Part shown: piece after piece, positions 10,477-20,466 of the stretch
How the letters are laid out: the number at the start of each line of letters is the position of its first letter
How positions within the stretch are numbered: the first letter of the stretch is position 1
IMG/VR virus record: IMGVR_UViG_3300030329_004935
Location: 1-54,928 of that record
Strand: one strand, 5' to 3'
Length of the DNA stretch: 54,928 nucleotides
Source of the DNA: a virus
Lineage: Duplodnaviria > Caudoviricetes
The notes under the pieces: generated by a model
Told to the model about the DNA's origin: nothing
What the model saw: the letters and a program-made list of their open reading frames with translations, nothing else
Database searches by the model: none
Program-made: the position numbers and the translations under genes

Positions 10477-10487
10477 ATCTACCTCCT

Positions 10488-10517
10488 GCCCTAAGCACTG
10501 GCTGTGCGTGAATGGGC
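10488..10517 (-). promoter_or_regulatory. Stem-loop abutting the SD of the 10476 gene
   Basis: GCCC-ATTCAC-GCAC-AGCCA-GTGC-TTA-GGGC immediately followed by AGGAGG. Confidence 0.45.
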
Positions 10518-10527
10518 TTGTTTATTG

Positions 10528-11565
10528 TTATCTTATTGCTCCTACTCCTGGCATAATCCTTCTTGGACCAGCTATTTTTGAATTCTCATGTTTCTCCACC
10601 ATCTTTCTAAATTCTTTCATTAAATATTCTTTAACATCTATTTGCATAGTATCCTCTGCCGCTTTAGCTTTAACATAATAGACTAATGCTCTACTTAAAT
10701 ATGGCGGCAAATCTATCGTATCATCCTCATCATTTAATACGTCTACATCTTTAAATACTGTCATACCAGGGTCTCTAAATGCTTCATAACAATAAATAGT
10801 TGTTGATGTGTCGCTGTCAATAGTCACACTTTCATCAACAGTCTCAGTTATATCGTAATTATTAGCCACTTTTATAATGCTAGCACCTTCAGTCATATCC
10901 CATACAGTAGCACCATCGGCAAATGTTGGAAGTATAAAGAGACCATTATTCCAAGTAAGTCCACTGCCAGCATCTGATCCAGATATCCAAACAACATCGC
11001 CTGAAGAAAACATCCCTGTATGTCCTGCTAATATACCACTAATCTGGTGATCAGCCCCACCGACAAAATTAACTGGTTCAGTAAAATACTTAACAGATTG
11101 ATTTACCCTAGTATATGTTTGCAATGCACCATGATTAATATTAGTGGTTGCAGGATAATGACCTTGTACTTCTTTAACCTTATGTATACCATTCCATCTA
11201 TCAGAGCCTGTCACTAATATATGACTATCTGTAGTAAAGCTATCCGTTTCATAATAAGATCTTAATAAGGTTAAATATCCATCTACAACTGTCCATCCAT
11301 TAAATAGCAGTTTACCTGTACCCCACTCACTATAAGGTTGAACACTCCATTCAGGGCTATACGAATATTCTATCTCAATACCATTAGTTATTGTATCTAA
11401 AGGACTCTTAAATAATTGAGAACCCGATGGGATATCATCTGTAATACCATCTCCAGCAGTCCCTGAATAAACATAGTTCAATCCGTCAGTAGTGCTAAAA
11501 TCCTTTTCTATTATAGATAGTTTATTACCTTTTATTTGATACGCATATTCTCTTTGCTTTGCCAT
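10528..11565 (-). CDS. Putative head-tail adaptor/tail tubular A-like protein
   Basis: C-terminal DLPPYLSRALVYYVKAK helix typical of adaptor proteins; position after the capsid genes. Confidence 0.5.
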   Translation of the reverse strand: MAKQREYAYQIKGNKLSIIEKDFSTTDGLNYVYSGTAGDGITDDIPSGSQLFKSPLDTITNGIEIEYSYSPEWSVQPYSEWGTGKLLFNGWTVVDGYLTLLRSYYETDSFTTDSHILVTGSDRWNGIHKVKEVQGHYPATTNINHGALQTYTRVNQSVKYFTEPVNFVGGADHQISGILAGHTGMFSSGDVVWISGSDAGSGLTWNNGLFILPTFADGATVWDMTEGASIIKVANNYDITETVDESVTIDSDTSTTIYCYEAFRDPGMTVFKDVDVLNDEDDTIDLPPYLSRALVYYVKAKAAEDTMQIDVKEYLMKEFRKMVEKHENSKIAGPRRIMPGVGAIR

Positions 11566-11590
11566 CTATACTCCTATAACTTTTAATAGA

Positions 11591-11875
11591 TTAAATCCCA
11601 TCAGCATCCTTATTAGTTATATTACCGATTCCTCTTGGGATACTACGATACTCATCTTGAGTGTTTAAATGATTTTTACATCTTACATCCTTTAATTGGA
11701 TAAGATTGCCTGGTAAATCGTAAAATCTTTGGTCTTTATTAATAGTAATTCTTTCAGTTTCAATATGTGTTTCAGTAATAGTATTCATCTCTATTAAACC
11801 ATCTTTAATATATGCCAGTAATCTACCAGTAGGTATATCCATTCCTACTCTTTCAGCTAATTCTTTTACTTTCAC
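11591..11875 (-). CDS. Putative head-tail connector protein
   Basis: YIKDGL...DQRFYDLP pattern; GTG start; structural operon. Confidence 0.5.
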   Translation of the reverse strand: MKVKELAERVGMDIPTGRLLAYIKDGLIEMNTITETHIETERITINKDQRFYDLPGNLIQLKDVRCKNHLNTQDEYRSIPRGIGNITNKDADGI

Positions 11876-12909
11876 TAACCTCTCCTTGCTCTTTGTTGTT
11901 GTGCAGGAGGCTCAGACCTAGGAGCCATTAATGAAAATGCTGTATCATACTCCTGCTTTAATGATGTATATCGAGCATTATACCATGTATACTCTTGTTG
12001 ATCAGCCCCTAATCTAGAAGTTATTTCAGCTAAATGCATTTGCGCTTCTTTAATTGGAATATCAGTTATCTGAGCCATTTCTGTTAAAGCCATCTCTGCT
12101 TGTTTTAGCTCAATAGAAATAGCAGTTAAAGTCTTCTCAATCATCTCTGGATCTTCTTGTGCAATAAATGATCTTACATCTGTATTCTTAGTAGGAAATC
12201 CCCCATCAAACATCTTAAGAGCATTATCCATTGCTTTTTTTACTTGCTTAAATCTTTTTACCCCCGCATCATAATTATCTACATTATTGTAAATATTATC
12301 TGCCAATCTATCTATAGCAGTATTTGCATTTGTAAATGCTGTCTTTATAGAACCTGACGCAAAACTAGCATGCATTGCTCCCATTGCATTTAACAGAGAT
12401 TTCATAGATGCATTTAAAACTACTAAATATTCATATTCTTTTGGAAAATTATCGATACTAGTGCTTTCATAAGTAGTATTAGTTGCATATGAAGTCTGTG
12501 TAACAAAAACACTATTATTACTAGTAGCTGCTGCAGGAACAGTCTGCAGTTTACCGTTCAGTACATAATATCCAGGTTTATGCTTAGATCTATAATGCAA
12601 ACTATCTATATTCGAAGCTTCATATCTAAGGTTAGGATCGATAGCATCGCATTTTCTTAGTATTGTTGCACTATCATGTTCTCTCACAACACTTAACACC
12701 TGTCCTGTAACTGTTATACCACTACCAGACTCATCCTCTGTAGTATCAGTAAATTTAACCAAATCATAAGGCTTAAATTGAGTAATTCTATTAATTACTT
12801 CAACAGTACCATCTACCAGAAATTGAGATACTTCGTCTTGAGTAGGACTAGAACTAGCACTAATCGCTATATCTGTCAAACCTGCTATTTGTGTTTTAAA
12901 ATCTGCCAT
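11875..12909 (-). CDS. Putative virion structural (adaptor/tail) protein with coiled coil
   Basis: IDNFPKEYEYLVVL adaptor-like motif; position; GGAG SD. Confidence 0.5.
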   Translation of the reverse strand: MADFKTQIAGLTDIAISASSSPTQDEVSQFLVDGTVEVINRITQFKPYDLVKFTDTTEDESGSGITVTGQVLSVVREHDSATILRKCDAIDPNLRYEASNIDSLHYRSKHKPGYYVLNGKLQTVPAAATSNNSVFVTQTSYATNTTYESTSIDNFPKEYEYLVVLNASMKSLLNAMGAMHASFASGSIKTAFTNANTAIDRLADNIYNNVDNYDAGVKRFKQVKKAMDNALKMFDGGFPTKNTDVRSFIAQEDPEMIEKTLTAISIELKQAEMALTEMAQITDIPIKEAQMHLAEITSRLGADQQEYTWYNARYTSLKQEYDTAFSLMAPRSEPPAQQQRARRG

Positions 12910-12924
12910 CTATCTCCTATATGA

Positions 12925-12973
12925 AACCCACCCTCTCCTACGGGGAGAGAATATCCCTAAGGAAAGGGCAGGT
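12925..12973 (-). other. GC-rich three-way-junction RNA structure after the capsid accessory genes (attenuator/processing site candidate)
   Basis: ACCTGCCC/GGGTGGGT outer helix enclosing TCC-TTAG-GGA and CTCTCC-CCGTA-GGAGAG hairpins. Confidence 0.45.
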
Positions 12974-13005
12974 CCATTTTTTATTTACTGTTTAGCCATT
13001 ACTTA

Positions 13006-13506
13006 CTAAGCAAATGTAATTGCACCGCTGGTATGTATTTTACCATCAGGCGTTATCACATTTAAATAGTTAGTTGTTGACCCACCATCAGCGTCTGTAA
13101 TAACTACGTCTACATCGCCATCGGCTTCACTAGTCAACCATAACATGTTAATGGTGTTAGCATCAACTGATACTTGAGTTAACCCATCAGTACCAGAAGT
13201 TACAGTTAAACCAGAAGCACTTGATGCAGTTTGACCTGCAGAATCTGCCGATAAGTAAGCTCTCAAACATCTAGCTGAAGTCATATCTGCTCCAGCTGCA
13301 TCTTTGAACTGACAGCTAACTGTTATTGCTTCAGTAGATTCAGAACCAACACTAAATGATACAGATGCTACCATATCATCAAGTAGATTAAGTTCAGCTA
13401 CAGATATACTTGTAGCAGATAACTCTTCTACTTTTTGTGCCTCCGCATCAGTAACTTGACTATTTGGATTATTCGCTATCCAGTATTTTCCGTCAGCTTG
13501 TCCCAT
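13006..13506 (-). CDS. Putative capsid decoration/head fibre protein
   Basis: Ig-like beta-rich sequence, SVAELNLLD motif, downstream of the MCP; GGAGG SD. Confidence 0.55.
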   Translation of the reverse strand: MGQADGKYWIANNPNSQVTDAEAQKVEELSATSISVAELNLLDDMVASVSFSVGSESTEAITVSCQFKDAAGADMTSARCLRAYLSADSAGQTASSASGLTVTSGTDGLTQVSVDANTINMLWLTSEADGDVDVVITDADGGSTTNYLNVITPDGKIHTSGAITFA

Positions 13507-13517
13507 CAGCTACCTCC

Positions 13518-13943
13518 TTAACCTGTTACTGGTTTAACTGTCAATAAAGCTATTTTGACAGTAATAGCAGATGTTGATGCATTTGAAGTTAATGTTAAAA
13601 TAACATCTTCAGCATTAGCTAAATAATCTGCATCTACAGCATATAGCCCATTACGACCACCACCGATATCATCAATAAAGTTATTAGTAGCTCCAGTATA
13701 ACCTAAGTCAAACTCAAAGTCACCGTTAGCACCAGATACTTCACAGTAGCCACCCCAAACTTCTACAACATCGATTGTATCAGCAAAAGTAACATCATCG
13801 GTTCCCTGTGCAGGTACTACAGTTTCAAATACTTGAAATTGTAATTGATCTGGACTATCAGCTTTCTTTTGAGCATTTAAGGTTTTGATCCAGTGCTCTA
13901 AAGCACCATCTGATTTATTTTGTCCATACATTGGATTTCCCAT
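13518..13943 (-). CDS. Putative capsid decoration protein (start revised to MGNPMYGQNK)
   Basis: GGAGG SD before ATG 13943; directly downstream of the MCP. Confidence 0.55.
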   Translation of the reverse strand: MGNPMYGQNKSDGALEHWIKTLNAQKKADSPDQLQFQVFETVVPAQGTDDVTFADTIDVVEVWGGYCEVSGANGDFEFDLGYTGATNNFIDDIGGGRNGLYAVDADYLANAEDVILTLTSNASTSAITVKIALLTVKPVTG

Positions 13944-13954
13944 AATTAACCTCC

Positions 13955-15505
13955 TTATGTCCAGATAGCATGGCATTCAGGCATACTGAATTCCATACCA
14001 GCTTCTGTTAAGATTAAGTCAACTCTTCGGTCAATACCACTGTTTTCAAGTGTTTGTACACCTACATAAACAGATGTATCTCTGTTAACACCGTTGCCTA
14101 CTAGAGGGCGATACGAAGCATACTTCATGTTAATACCTAGCATTTTAATATGAGTACCATCTAAGTGAATATTTCTTGCAACATTCATATCACCATAAGG
14201 TGTTGAGAATGTAGTAATATCTATACCTAGAACTTTTTTCTTTCCTGTCATAGCAAAGTCAGCTCTAAAGTTAGTTGATAATTCAAGATTATTTTTGAAG
14301 TATCCACCTAATTTATGCATCCAATTGTAAACAGCAGTGCTTACAAAAAATACATTAGCTGAACTATTGTTAAAACGAGGATCTAAATAGTTAGACATGT
14401 CATCTAAAAAGTCATCAGCTGTTTTAGTTGCTGTGTCTAAACTGAACTGGTTACCATAGTTTAATATATAATCTACTGCACCTTGTGTAGTATAATATGT
14501 ATCACTTTGAGAACCAAATAATAATGAGTTTTCAATATCCCATTTATGCTCAACCAACTTTTCTTTCCAAACTCTAGCCCACTCGTTTGAATCATATTTC
14601 AACACTGTAGCTCTGGCTGTATTAGTCATTGCCATAGATGTTTTCCATATTTGAGTTCTACCATAGTTTGTTGAGTAAGGTTGATCTTTCCATGTTTCAG
14701 GATAACCAGAACCTTCATCGTGAGCTGTACCAACAACATAACATCTTGAAGCTTCTAAACCAGCACCAGCAGATGCACCTGCAACAGATGTTGCTGTTGT
14801 AGCATCACCTACAGGAGTATTAACACCTAAAGGACCAGCGAAATAATCATCACCAGCATCTTTAGTTTTAACTACCTTAGCTTTTAGAATTACTGCTTCA
14901 CCATGCGTATGAGCTGTTGGAGGAGAAGTAGCCTCATCCTGCTCTGTAACTTCTAATACCTTAACAATAGAATAAGAACCCATTGCTCCAGCTGCACTAG
15001 CTGAAAATGGAATCTTAACTAATTGACCAGGTAAGAAGAATTTAGGCTGTGTACCGTCTTCTCCAATTGTCACGTCTGAGGCTGTATTGTTATAAACTGA
15101 CTGGATATTTCCAGAATTTTTATAATCTGTAGCCATTTTAATATATACATCATTTCCTGCAGTTTCATATTTATCATATTGAGTAGTTTGATTACTTGAT
15201 TGATTTTCTACCCAAGTTGAATTATCATTACTGAAAGCTGTAGGATACGCGTATCTTTTATGCCAAGAATCACGTTTCTCAGTCCATTTAAACTGAGGAT
15301 CGTCTGTAGGTTTCTTGGAGACCTTTGATACGAATCTAAAGAATGGATCTTGCGGTATGGCTAACTCTGACACTCTATCGCCAAAGTTATACTTTCTACG
15401 CAGATCACCAGTATTTAAACTGGAGCCCGCGCCAGGACCTTTACCATCAACATCCGTTGTTCCGAGATTCGATAACTGAGCTAAATCGCCATTAAATGAA
15501 GACAT
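13955..15505 (-). CDS. Major capsid protein (HK97 fold)
   Basis: Downstream of portal and scaffold; DLRRKYNFGDRVSEL, KPTDDPQFKWTE, EHKWDIENSLLFG, ILTEAGME motifs; strong SD. Confidence 0.85.
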   Translation of the reverse strand: MSSFNGDLAQLSNLGTTDVDGKGPGAGSSLNTGDLRRKYNFGDRVSELAIPQDPFFRFVSKVSKKPTDDPQFKWTEKRDSWHKRYAYPTAFSNDNSTWVENQSSNQTTQYDKYETAGNDVYIKMATDYKNSGNIQSVYNNTASDVTIGEDGTQPKFFLPGQLVKIPFSASAAGAMGSYSIVKVLEVTEQDEATSPPTAHTHGEAVILKAKVVKTKDAGDDYFAGPLGVNTPVGDATTATSVAGASAGAGLEASRCYVVGTAHDEGSGYPETWKDQPYSTNYGRTQIWKTSMAMTNTARATVLKYDSNEWARVWKEKLVEHKWDIENSLLFGSQSDTYYTTQGAVDYILNYGNQFSLDTATKTADDFLDDMSNYLDPRFNNSSANVFFVSTAVYNWMHKLGGYFKNNLELSTNFRADFAMTGKKKVLGIDITTFSTPYGDMNVARNIHLDGTHIKMLGINMKYASYRPLVGNGVNRDTSVYVGVQTLENSGIDRRVDLILTEAGMEFSMPECHAIWT

Positions 15506-15561
15506 TCAGTTACCTCCTTTTCGTTATTAATTAAATCCGAATAGGAAGTTTTAAATTTTAC

Positions 15562-16416
15562 CTATCCGAACAAGTCATCTATATTTCCATCAGTATCAAG
15601 CAGAGCATTAAATACATTATCTTCTAATGATTCAGGCTCTCCTTGGCTGTTGGCTCCACTTGCACTAGCAGGTATATCGCGAACTGTTTTCATTTGGTGT
15701 AACATATCTTGTTTAGTTGAATTAGCAACATTTTGATTAGCCTGATCTCTATTAATTAAATAATGAATATCATCTAATGTCAAAATATGTGTTTTAGCCT
15801 TATTAACTAATCTTCCAAAATCTTCATCTGACATATTGTGTTTTTTCTTAAAATCAATTTCTTGTTGCTTTAAGGCAACCTTCCTTTGACTTTGAGCATT
15901 TTTTTGCTTCTCTCGGTTAAGAACTTGATTAACTCGTCCTTGAACCATAGAATCAATATGTGCATTAAACACTTTAGCAGAGTCCGATTTTGGATCTTCT
16001 ACAGCTTCTTGTTGATCATACACGAAATCCTCGGGTAAACCAAGTTTTTCCTGTACGCTCTTTGCTGGAGTTCCACCACCTTCAAAATAATCACGCACAT
16101 GCTGCACAAGTCCACTATCTTGTTTCATTGCATTAAGCACTGGTAAGAAAGGCTTCAAAGATTTGAGCTCACTATTCATTTGTTGAGCTCCTCTCTGTGA
16201 GTCTTTATACCTTTTTTCCCAATCCACATTGCTATTGGAGCCTTCCGATGTTTCTACGTGGGTTGCCTGTTCGGGGCCACTATTGCTCGGAGGGGTTACC
16301 TCAGTGGGTTCGTATGGGTCTTGTATTCCGCCATTAACGGAATTTTCCATAGCTTCAAAAAAATCATCACCAGATCCAGATTCTGGGTTACTAGTCATGC
16401 TTTGTTCATCAGTCAT
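15562..16416 (-). CDS. Capsid scaffolding protein
   Basis: Between portal and MCP; acidic disordered N-terminus, DWEKRYKDSQR coiled coil. Confidence 0.75.
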   Translation of the reverse strand: MTDEQSMTSNPESGSGDDFFEAMENSVNGGIQDPYEPTEVTPPSNSGPEQATHVETSEGSNSNVDWEKRYKDSQRGAQQMNSELKSLKPFLPVLNAMKQDSGLVQHVRDYFEGGGTPAKSVQEKLGLPEDFVYDQQEAVEDPKSDSAKVFNAHIDSMVQGRVNQVLNREKQKNAQSQRKVALKQQEIDFKKKHNMSDEDFGRLVNKAKTHILTLDDIHYLINRDQANQNVANSTKQDMLHQMKTVRDIPASASGANSQGEPESLEDNVFNALLDTDGNIDDLFG

Positions 16417-16444
16417 ATGTTTCTCTCCTTTTATCTTAGTTATT

Positions 16445-16474
16445 AATATAATACAATTTTATTTACTCTGTCAA
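16445..16474 (-). promoter_or_regulatory. Putative sigma70-like promoter for the scaffold/MCP operon
   Basis: TTGACA-N18-TATATT. Confidence 0.6.
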
Positions 16475-18775
16475 GGATTCTTTTTCAGCATGTTTCATAC
16501 GCATATCCATATCCTCTATGGTACGATTAGCGGCAGCTTGCTGATTAGCAACGTTTTGATGTAATTCATTGGTTACTTTTTCAACCTTATTTTCTTCTTG
16601 TAAAAGTTTGCCCTTTAAATCACCCTTGACCTCTTCTTTCTTTTTATTAATTTCAACTGCAGCCTGCATTACTTTATTTTTAATACCTGCTTGAACTAAT
16701 TGACGCTCTAACGTCTCTATAGTACCATTCAGATCTTTAATTTGCTCTTGAGCACCAGCGATTTGTCCCTGCAATTGAGCATATAAAGATTTTCTTTTTG
16801 CTATTTTTTCTTTATTTCTAATATCAGTTTGCTCTAAAAGTGCAATATCATCAATAACCCCAAGTTGCATTAATTGTTTTAATTCATCTAAATATGCCCA
16901 TCTATTTACAGGCAGCGTAGATCCAGCAATAATACGTACATCAAATTTTGCCGTATTATAATCATGGAATTTACCTATAACTTCTCCAAAATCATTATAC
17001 ATAGGTATATTCATTTCAACTTGACGCTCTCCTTGTAATGCATTAGGTTGAACAATTCTAAATACTTTATGTGCAGTATATACAGCTTGAGAAAATTGTT
17101 TCACCACTGTACCTACCTGCATTAAAGCAGTTTCAATTGAATTTTTCATCCACTGCTTAATTCTTCTAGTTCCATACTCATCCATAGCCAACATACCTCT
17201 ATAGGTATCATGCTGAGCTCCGACATCTCCTTGCATAGCACCATATATACCTGCAAGATATTCCATATCACCCTTGCCTTGTTGAACTATACCAAAAAAT
17301 GCATTAGATAATGGTGCAGGTTGTACTGGAGTTGGAGGAGTTGCCCCTGGTCTAATTGGCAGTAATGCTCCAGGAGAACTAGCATAGCTTTCCCAATGAT
17401 CTGTATCAATCGATCCCTCTTCATGCATCCATCTCAATGAAGAACCTAACGAAGCATTATGTACCATTATTTGGTGAGCTTTATTTAATTCCATTTGTTT
17501 TCCAACTAAAGGCGATACTGCTGAAATAGGATATGGCGTTCCAGTCCATTTAAAATGAAATGGTACGATAGGATAATCTTTTACATGATCTGGCAATATA
17601 AACTCATATAAAGTCTTATCACCAAGAACGCATGAGAGCTTAATACGGGTACCATAAAACTTAACACTATCTACAACTGTTTTAGCAAAGTCATCGTTTT
17701 TCATCATTACTTTATATTCTTTTTCTGACACTATAACATTTTCAATCTTAGACATTTGCGCTTGTAATTCACTCATATATTGCTGTTGTGCTGATTGTAA
17801 TTGCTGTTGTTGCATCTCTTGTGCTTTTTTCATTTCTAATTGAAATCTCTCTGGAAGCATATCCCCTTTTTGTACAGCCTCCTGCATTGATTTTTCTTGT
17901 TCTAATAATTCAACTGCCATCTCAGCTTGCATTTCTTGCATTCTAACTTGTACTTGCTGTTGTATTTGAGCTAACTGTTTTTTATCAGGAGGTATTCTAT
18001 AAAATACATTCATATAGGCAATTTTAACTTTTTCATACATTTCAAAAAATTCTACAATTTCATCATGATCGCCAGTTTCAGTATTTACCGACTCATTACC
18101 ACTAATATCTTTATAATGAAAATCCTTCCTTAAAACGCCACCAGATTTTTCAGAATAATAATCTTCATTATGCTGTTGACCACTCGCTTTTTTAATTTTT
18201 GCTTCAAATTGTGGATACAACTTAATAAGATGCTGTTTTGGCAATAATTTTCTTATCAAAATATAAGATGCATCTCTAAACATTATATCTCTAGACTTAG
18301 GATCTACAAATACGTCAAAAGGATCAGGTTGTTCAATTTTCACTTCACCCATTCCTTGATCAGCATCTTGGTCGACAGTTATTAATAAATACCCTATAGA
18401 TTTAGTAATAGCATCATTGACAGCATTAGCATATTTACATGAGCCATCTGATTGAGCCCATATATAATCCGCTAAATCAGAAAAGACTGCCGCTGCATCT
18501 ACATCAGATCCCTCAACTCCAACTGCTTGCCATCTAGGATTTTGAGCCGTTGCATAAAAATTTAACATTTCTACAACAGGTAAAATTCTATTAATAGTAA
18601 ATGTAGGCATTCCTTGCTCTTCTAAACGAATTCTTTCCTTTTCAGATAATTGATTATCATTAGAAAAATCATAACCTTTTTGATTTATATATTCCCATTG
18701 AGCTCGTGATTCAGTACGAGCTTTATTGTAAATTTGTTTTATTCTTTCAGCTTTTTTATCTTTTCTCTTAGCCAT
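16463..18775 (-). CDS. Portal protein (P22-like) with Gln-rich insertion; start revised to MAKRKDK
   Basis: PTFTINRILP, DPFDVFVDP, YPIVPF, KFDVRII motifs; C-terminal coiled-coil barrel. Confidence 0.88.
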   Translation of the reverse strand: MAKRKDKKAERIKQIYNKARTESRAQWEYINQKGYDFSNDNQLSEKERIRLEEQGMPTFTINRILPVVEMLNFYATAQNPRWQAVGVEGSDVDAAAVFSDLADYIWAQSDGSCKYANAVNDAITKSIGYLLITVDQDADQGMGEVKIEQPDPFDVFVDPKSRDIMFRDASYILIRKLLPKQHLIKLYPQFEAKIKKASGQQHNEDYYSEKSGGVLRKDFHYKDISGNESVNTETGDHDEIVEFFEMYEKVKIAYMNVFYRIPPDKKQLAQIQQQVQVRMQEMQAEMAVELLEQEKSMQEAVQKGDMLPERFQLEMKKAQEMQQQQLQSAQQQYMSELQAQMSKIENVIVSEKEYKVMMKNDDFAKTVVDSVKFYGTRIKLSCVLGDKTLYEFILPDHVKDYPIVPFHFKWTGTPYPISAVSPLVGKQMELNKAHQIMVHNASLGSSLRWMHEEGSIDTDHWESYASSPGALLPIRPGATPPTPVQPAPLSNAFFGIVQQGKGDMEYLAGIYGAMQGDVGAQHDTYRGMLAMDEYGTRRIKQWMKNSIETALMQVGTVVKQFSQAVYTAHKVFRIVQPNALQGERQVEMNIPMYNDFGEVIGKFHDYNTAKFDVRIIAGSTLPVNRWAYLDELKQLMQLGVIDDIALLEQTDIRNKEKIAKRKSLYAQLQGQIAGAQEQIKDLNGTIETLERQLVQAGIKNKVMQAAVEINKKKEEVKGDLKGKLLQEENKVEKVTNELHQNVANQQAAANRTIEDMDMRMKHAEKESLTE

Positions 18776-18872
18776 TATCCTCTTCCTCTTCGTTGTTGTT
18801 ATTTGTTGGATCATTCTCTCTCTGAGAAGGAATCTCTACTGTCAAATCATCTAATGTAAATATATCAGGCAT
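18768..18872 (-). CDS. Small acidic protein (34 aa, MPDIFTLDDL...)
   Basis: Coupled to both neighbours (TAATG and ATGGCTAA overlaps); below the ORF-track cutoff. Confidence 0.5.
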   Translation of the reverse strand: MPDIFTLDDLTVEIPSQRENDPTNNNNEEEEDNG

Positions 18873-19063
18873 TATGTTGACTCGTAAAATTTTTTCATCA
18901 TAAAAAATATAACTATAACGAATCCTATACTCAATACATCTATGAGATGGTTTCCGCTATCACTTTCTAGTTTTCCTAAAGGAGTTTCAATACTCATTTT
19001 CTTAGGCTCTTTTTGCCTTTCCATTAAATGCCGTGGTTGATTTAGTGTATCTTTAACTACCAT
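18872..19063 (-). CDS. Small membrane protein
   Basis: ESDSGNHLIDV followed by a hydrophobic helix. Confidence 0.55.
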   Translation of the reverse strand: MVVKDTLNQPRHLMERQKEPKKMSIETPLGKLESDSGNHLIDVLSIGFVIVIFFMMKKFYEST

Positions 19064-19064
19064 A

Positions 19065-19451
19065 TTATTGTTCTATAATAACATATTCTATATTAGTATC
19101 AGCACTGCTAGCCTTTGCATAAATACCTAAATCGGCACTACCTGTATCTTGGTCGGATGCTCTAAATACACAACTTTGTCCAGCTAGTAATTCAATAGGA
19201 TACTCATCTGCATCTGCTCCCTCTCTGCCTATCTCCACACTTGCGCTACCATCTAAATTTTTAATAAAAACCCATCCTGCATTAGTTATTGCAGCGGATT
19301 CTACCAATAAAGTTTCAGAAGTACCTATAGCTTGCACTGAATGAGTCATTGCATCACCATCCATATCTGCTTTAAAATTTTCAGATCTAGCGACACTCAT
19401 TCCTCCCTTGGAAGCACTTATACTTATACTTACTTCAATCTCATTAGCCAT
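19065..19451 (-). CDS. Putative small virion beta-sandwich protein
   Basis: FIKNLD and LLAGQS motifs shared with 27280..27777. Confidence 0.55.
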   Translation of the reverse strand: MANEIEVSISISASKGGMSVARSENFKADMDGDAMTHSVQAIGTSETLLVESAAITNAGWVFIKNLDGSASVEIGREGADADEYPIELLAGQSCVFRASDQDTGSADLGIYAKASSADTNIEYVIIEQ

Positions 19452-19764
19452 ATTTCTCCTCCTCTAATCCTAACTCTTCCATCATGTCACCTATATCTTT
19501 CGCATTCTGCTTAACTAATTCAAAGCTAAAGTCAGCATCTTGCATTATATCCTTTACAAACCTCCATCTTGCTCCATCTGTACTAGGATTATACTCCCCA
19601 TCTATCTCTCCATCATAATGACCTGTTGCTGTCAGTACTTTCTGTACAATCGCCACTTCACCCTTATCATCCCGATCAACGCTATGTGCACCCGTACTAA
19701 TTAATGGCCAATATTCTAATAATTTTGATATTGTTTTTTTTCTTAATCTAGTTTGTTTTTCCAT
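19444..19764 (-). CDS. Peptidoglycan-binding domain protein (PG_binding_1-like)
   Basis: GEVAIVQKVLTATGHYDGEIDGEYNPST matches the G..V..lQ..L...Gy..g.iDG.y...T pattern. Confidence 0.7.
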   Translation of the reverse strand: MEKQTRLRKKTISKLLEYWPLISTGAHSVDRDDKGEVAIVQKVLTATGHYDGEIDGEYNPSTDGARWRFVKDIMQDADFSFELVKQNAKDIGDMMEELGLEEEKYG

Positions 19765-19766
19765 AT

Positions 19767-20465
19767 CTACTCCTGTTGTTTATATGTAGTCATTGACTCA
19801 TCAAAAGCTGCTGTACTATCTCCAGATTTCTTATGATGATCTAGCCACCACTGAGCTGTATCAGTACCGATATCTGAGAAATCAATCCCTTCTTCTAGTT
19901 TATCAGCTAAAAATAAAACTTTTTGTTCTATTTCCGATAATTGACTAAAATCTATATCTACTTCTGCACCAGGTATATCCATATCATGATGTCCCCATTT
20001 ATTTTCGGGAAAATAGTTCTGCATAAATTCAAGCATCTGATCAGGTCGTTCACCTTTTACAAGATCTCCACCTAATCTATTGTATAATCTTCGTAAAGCA
20101 GTTCTTGCAGCCCCACTACCTCCCTTATCTTGCAATTCATATTGATATAAACCTCTTCCAGGTCCATCTATAAAAATATAATTACCCTGAGCATCTCTCA
20201 TCTTATTGCCTTGACTATCAAATTTATGACTTTTTTGAACTGCTCTAGAGCGACCCCTACTTTCATGCCATGCTATTTGATCCATAGCTAGCTCAATAGT
20301 TTTAGCATCCACAACCGATAATGCTGAAGCTTGAGATAATAATAATTTATAAAGCTTTTCTGCAGCTCCTTGATTATATATAGCACCCTCTGGATCATTA
20401 TACAAATTTAATGTACTTACATTAGCTAAAATATCAAATATATCATCATTCTTTGGTCCCTTCAT
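19767..20465 (-). CDS. Lysozyme/lytic transglycosylase-like protein (start revised to MKGPKND)
   Basis: IAWHES catalytic-Glu-like motif and GPGRGLYQ motif; next to a PG-binding gene. Confidence 0.6.
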   Translation of the reverse strand: MKGPKNDDIFDILANVSTLNLYNDPEGAIYNQGAAEKLYKLLLSQASALSVVDAKTIELAMDQIAWHESRGRSRAVQKSHKFDSQGNKMRDAQGNYIFIDGPGRGLYQYELQDKGGSGAARTALRRLYNRLGGDLVKGERPDQMLEFMQNYFPENKWGHHDMDIPGAEVDIDFSQLSEIEQKVLFLADKLEEGIDFSDIGTDTAQWWLDHHKKSGDSTAAFDESMTTYKQQE

Positions 20466-20466
20466 A

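Noticed and set aside
17760-17980. Gln-rich CAA/CAG repeat tract as a DNA repeat array
   Set aside because: It is low-complexity coding sequence of the portal insertion, with no regular repeat unit
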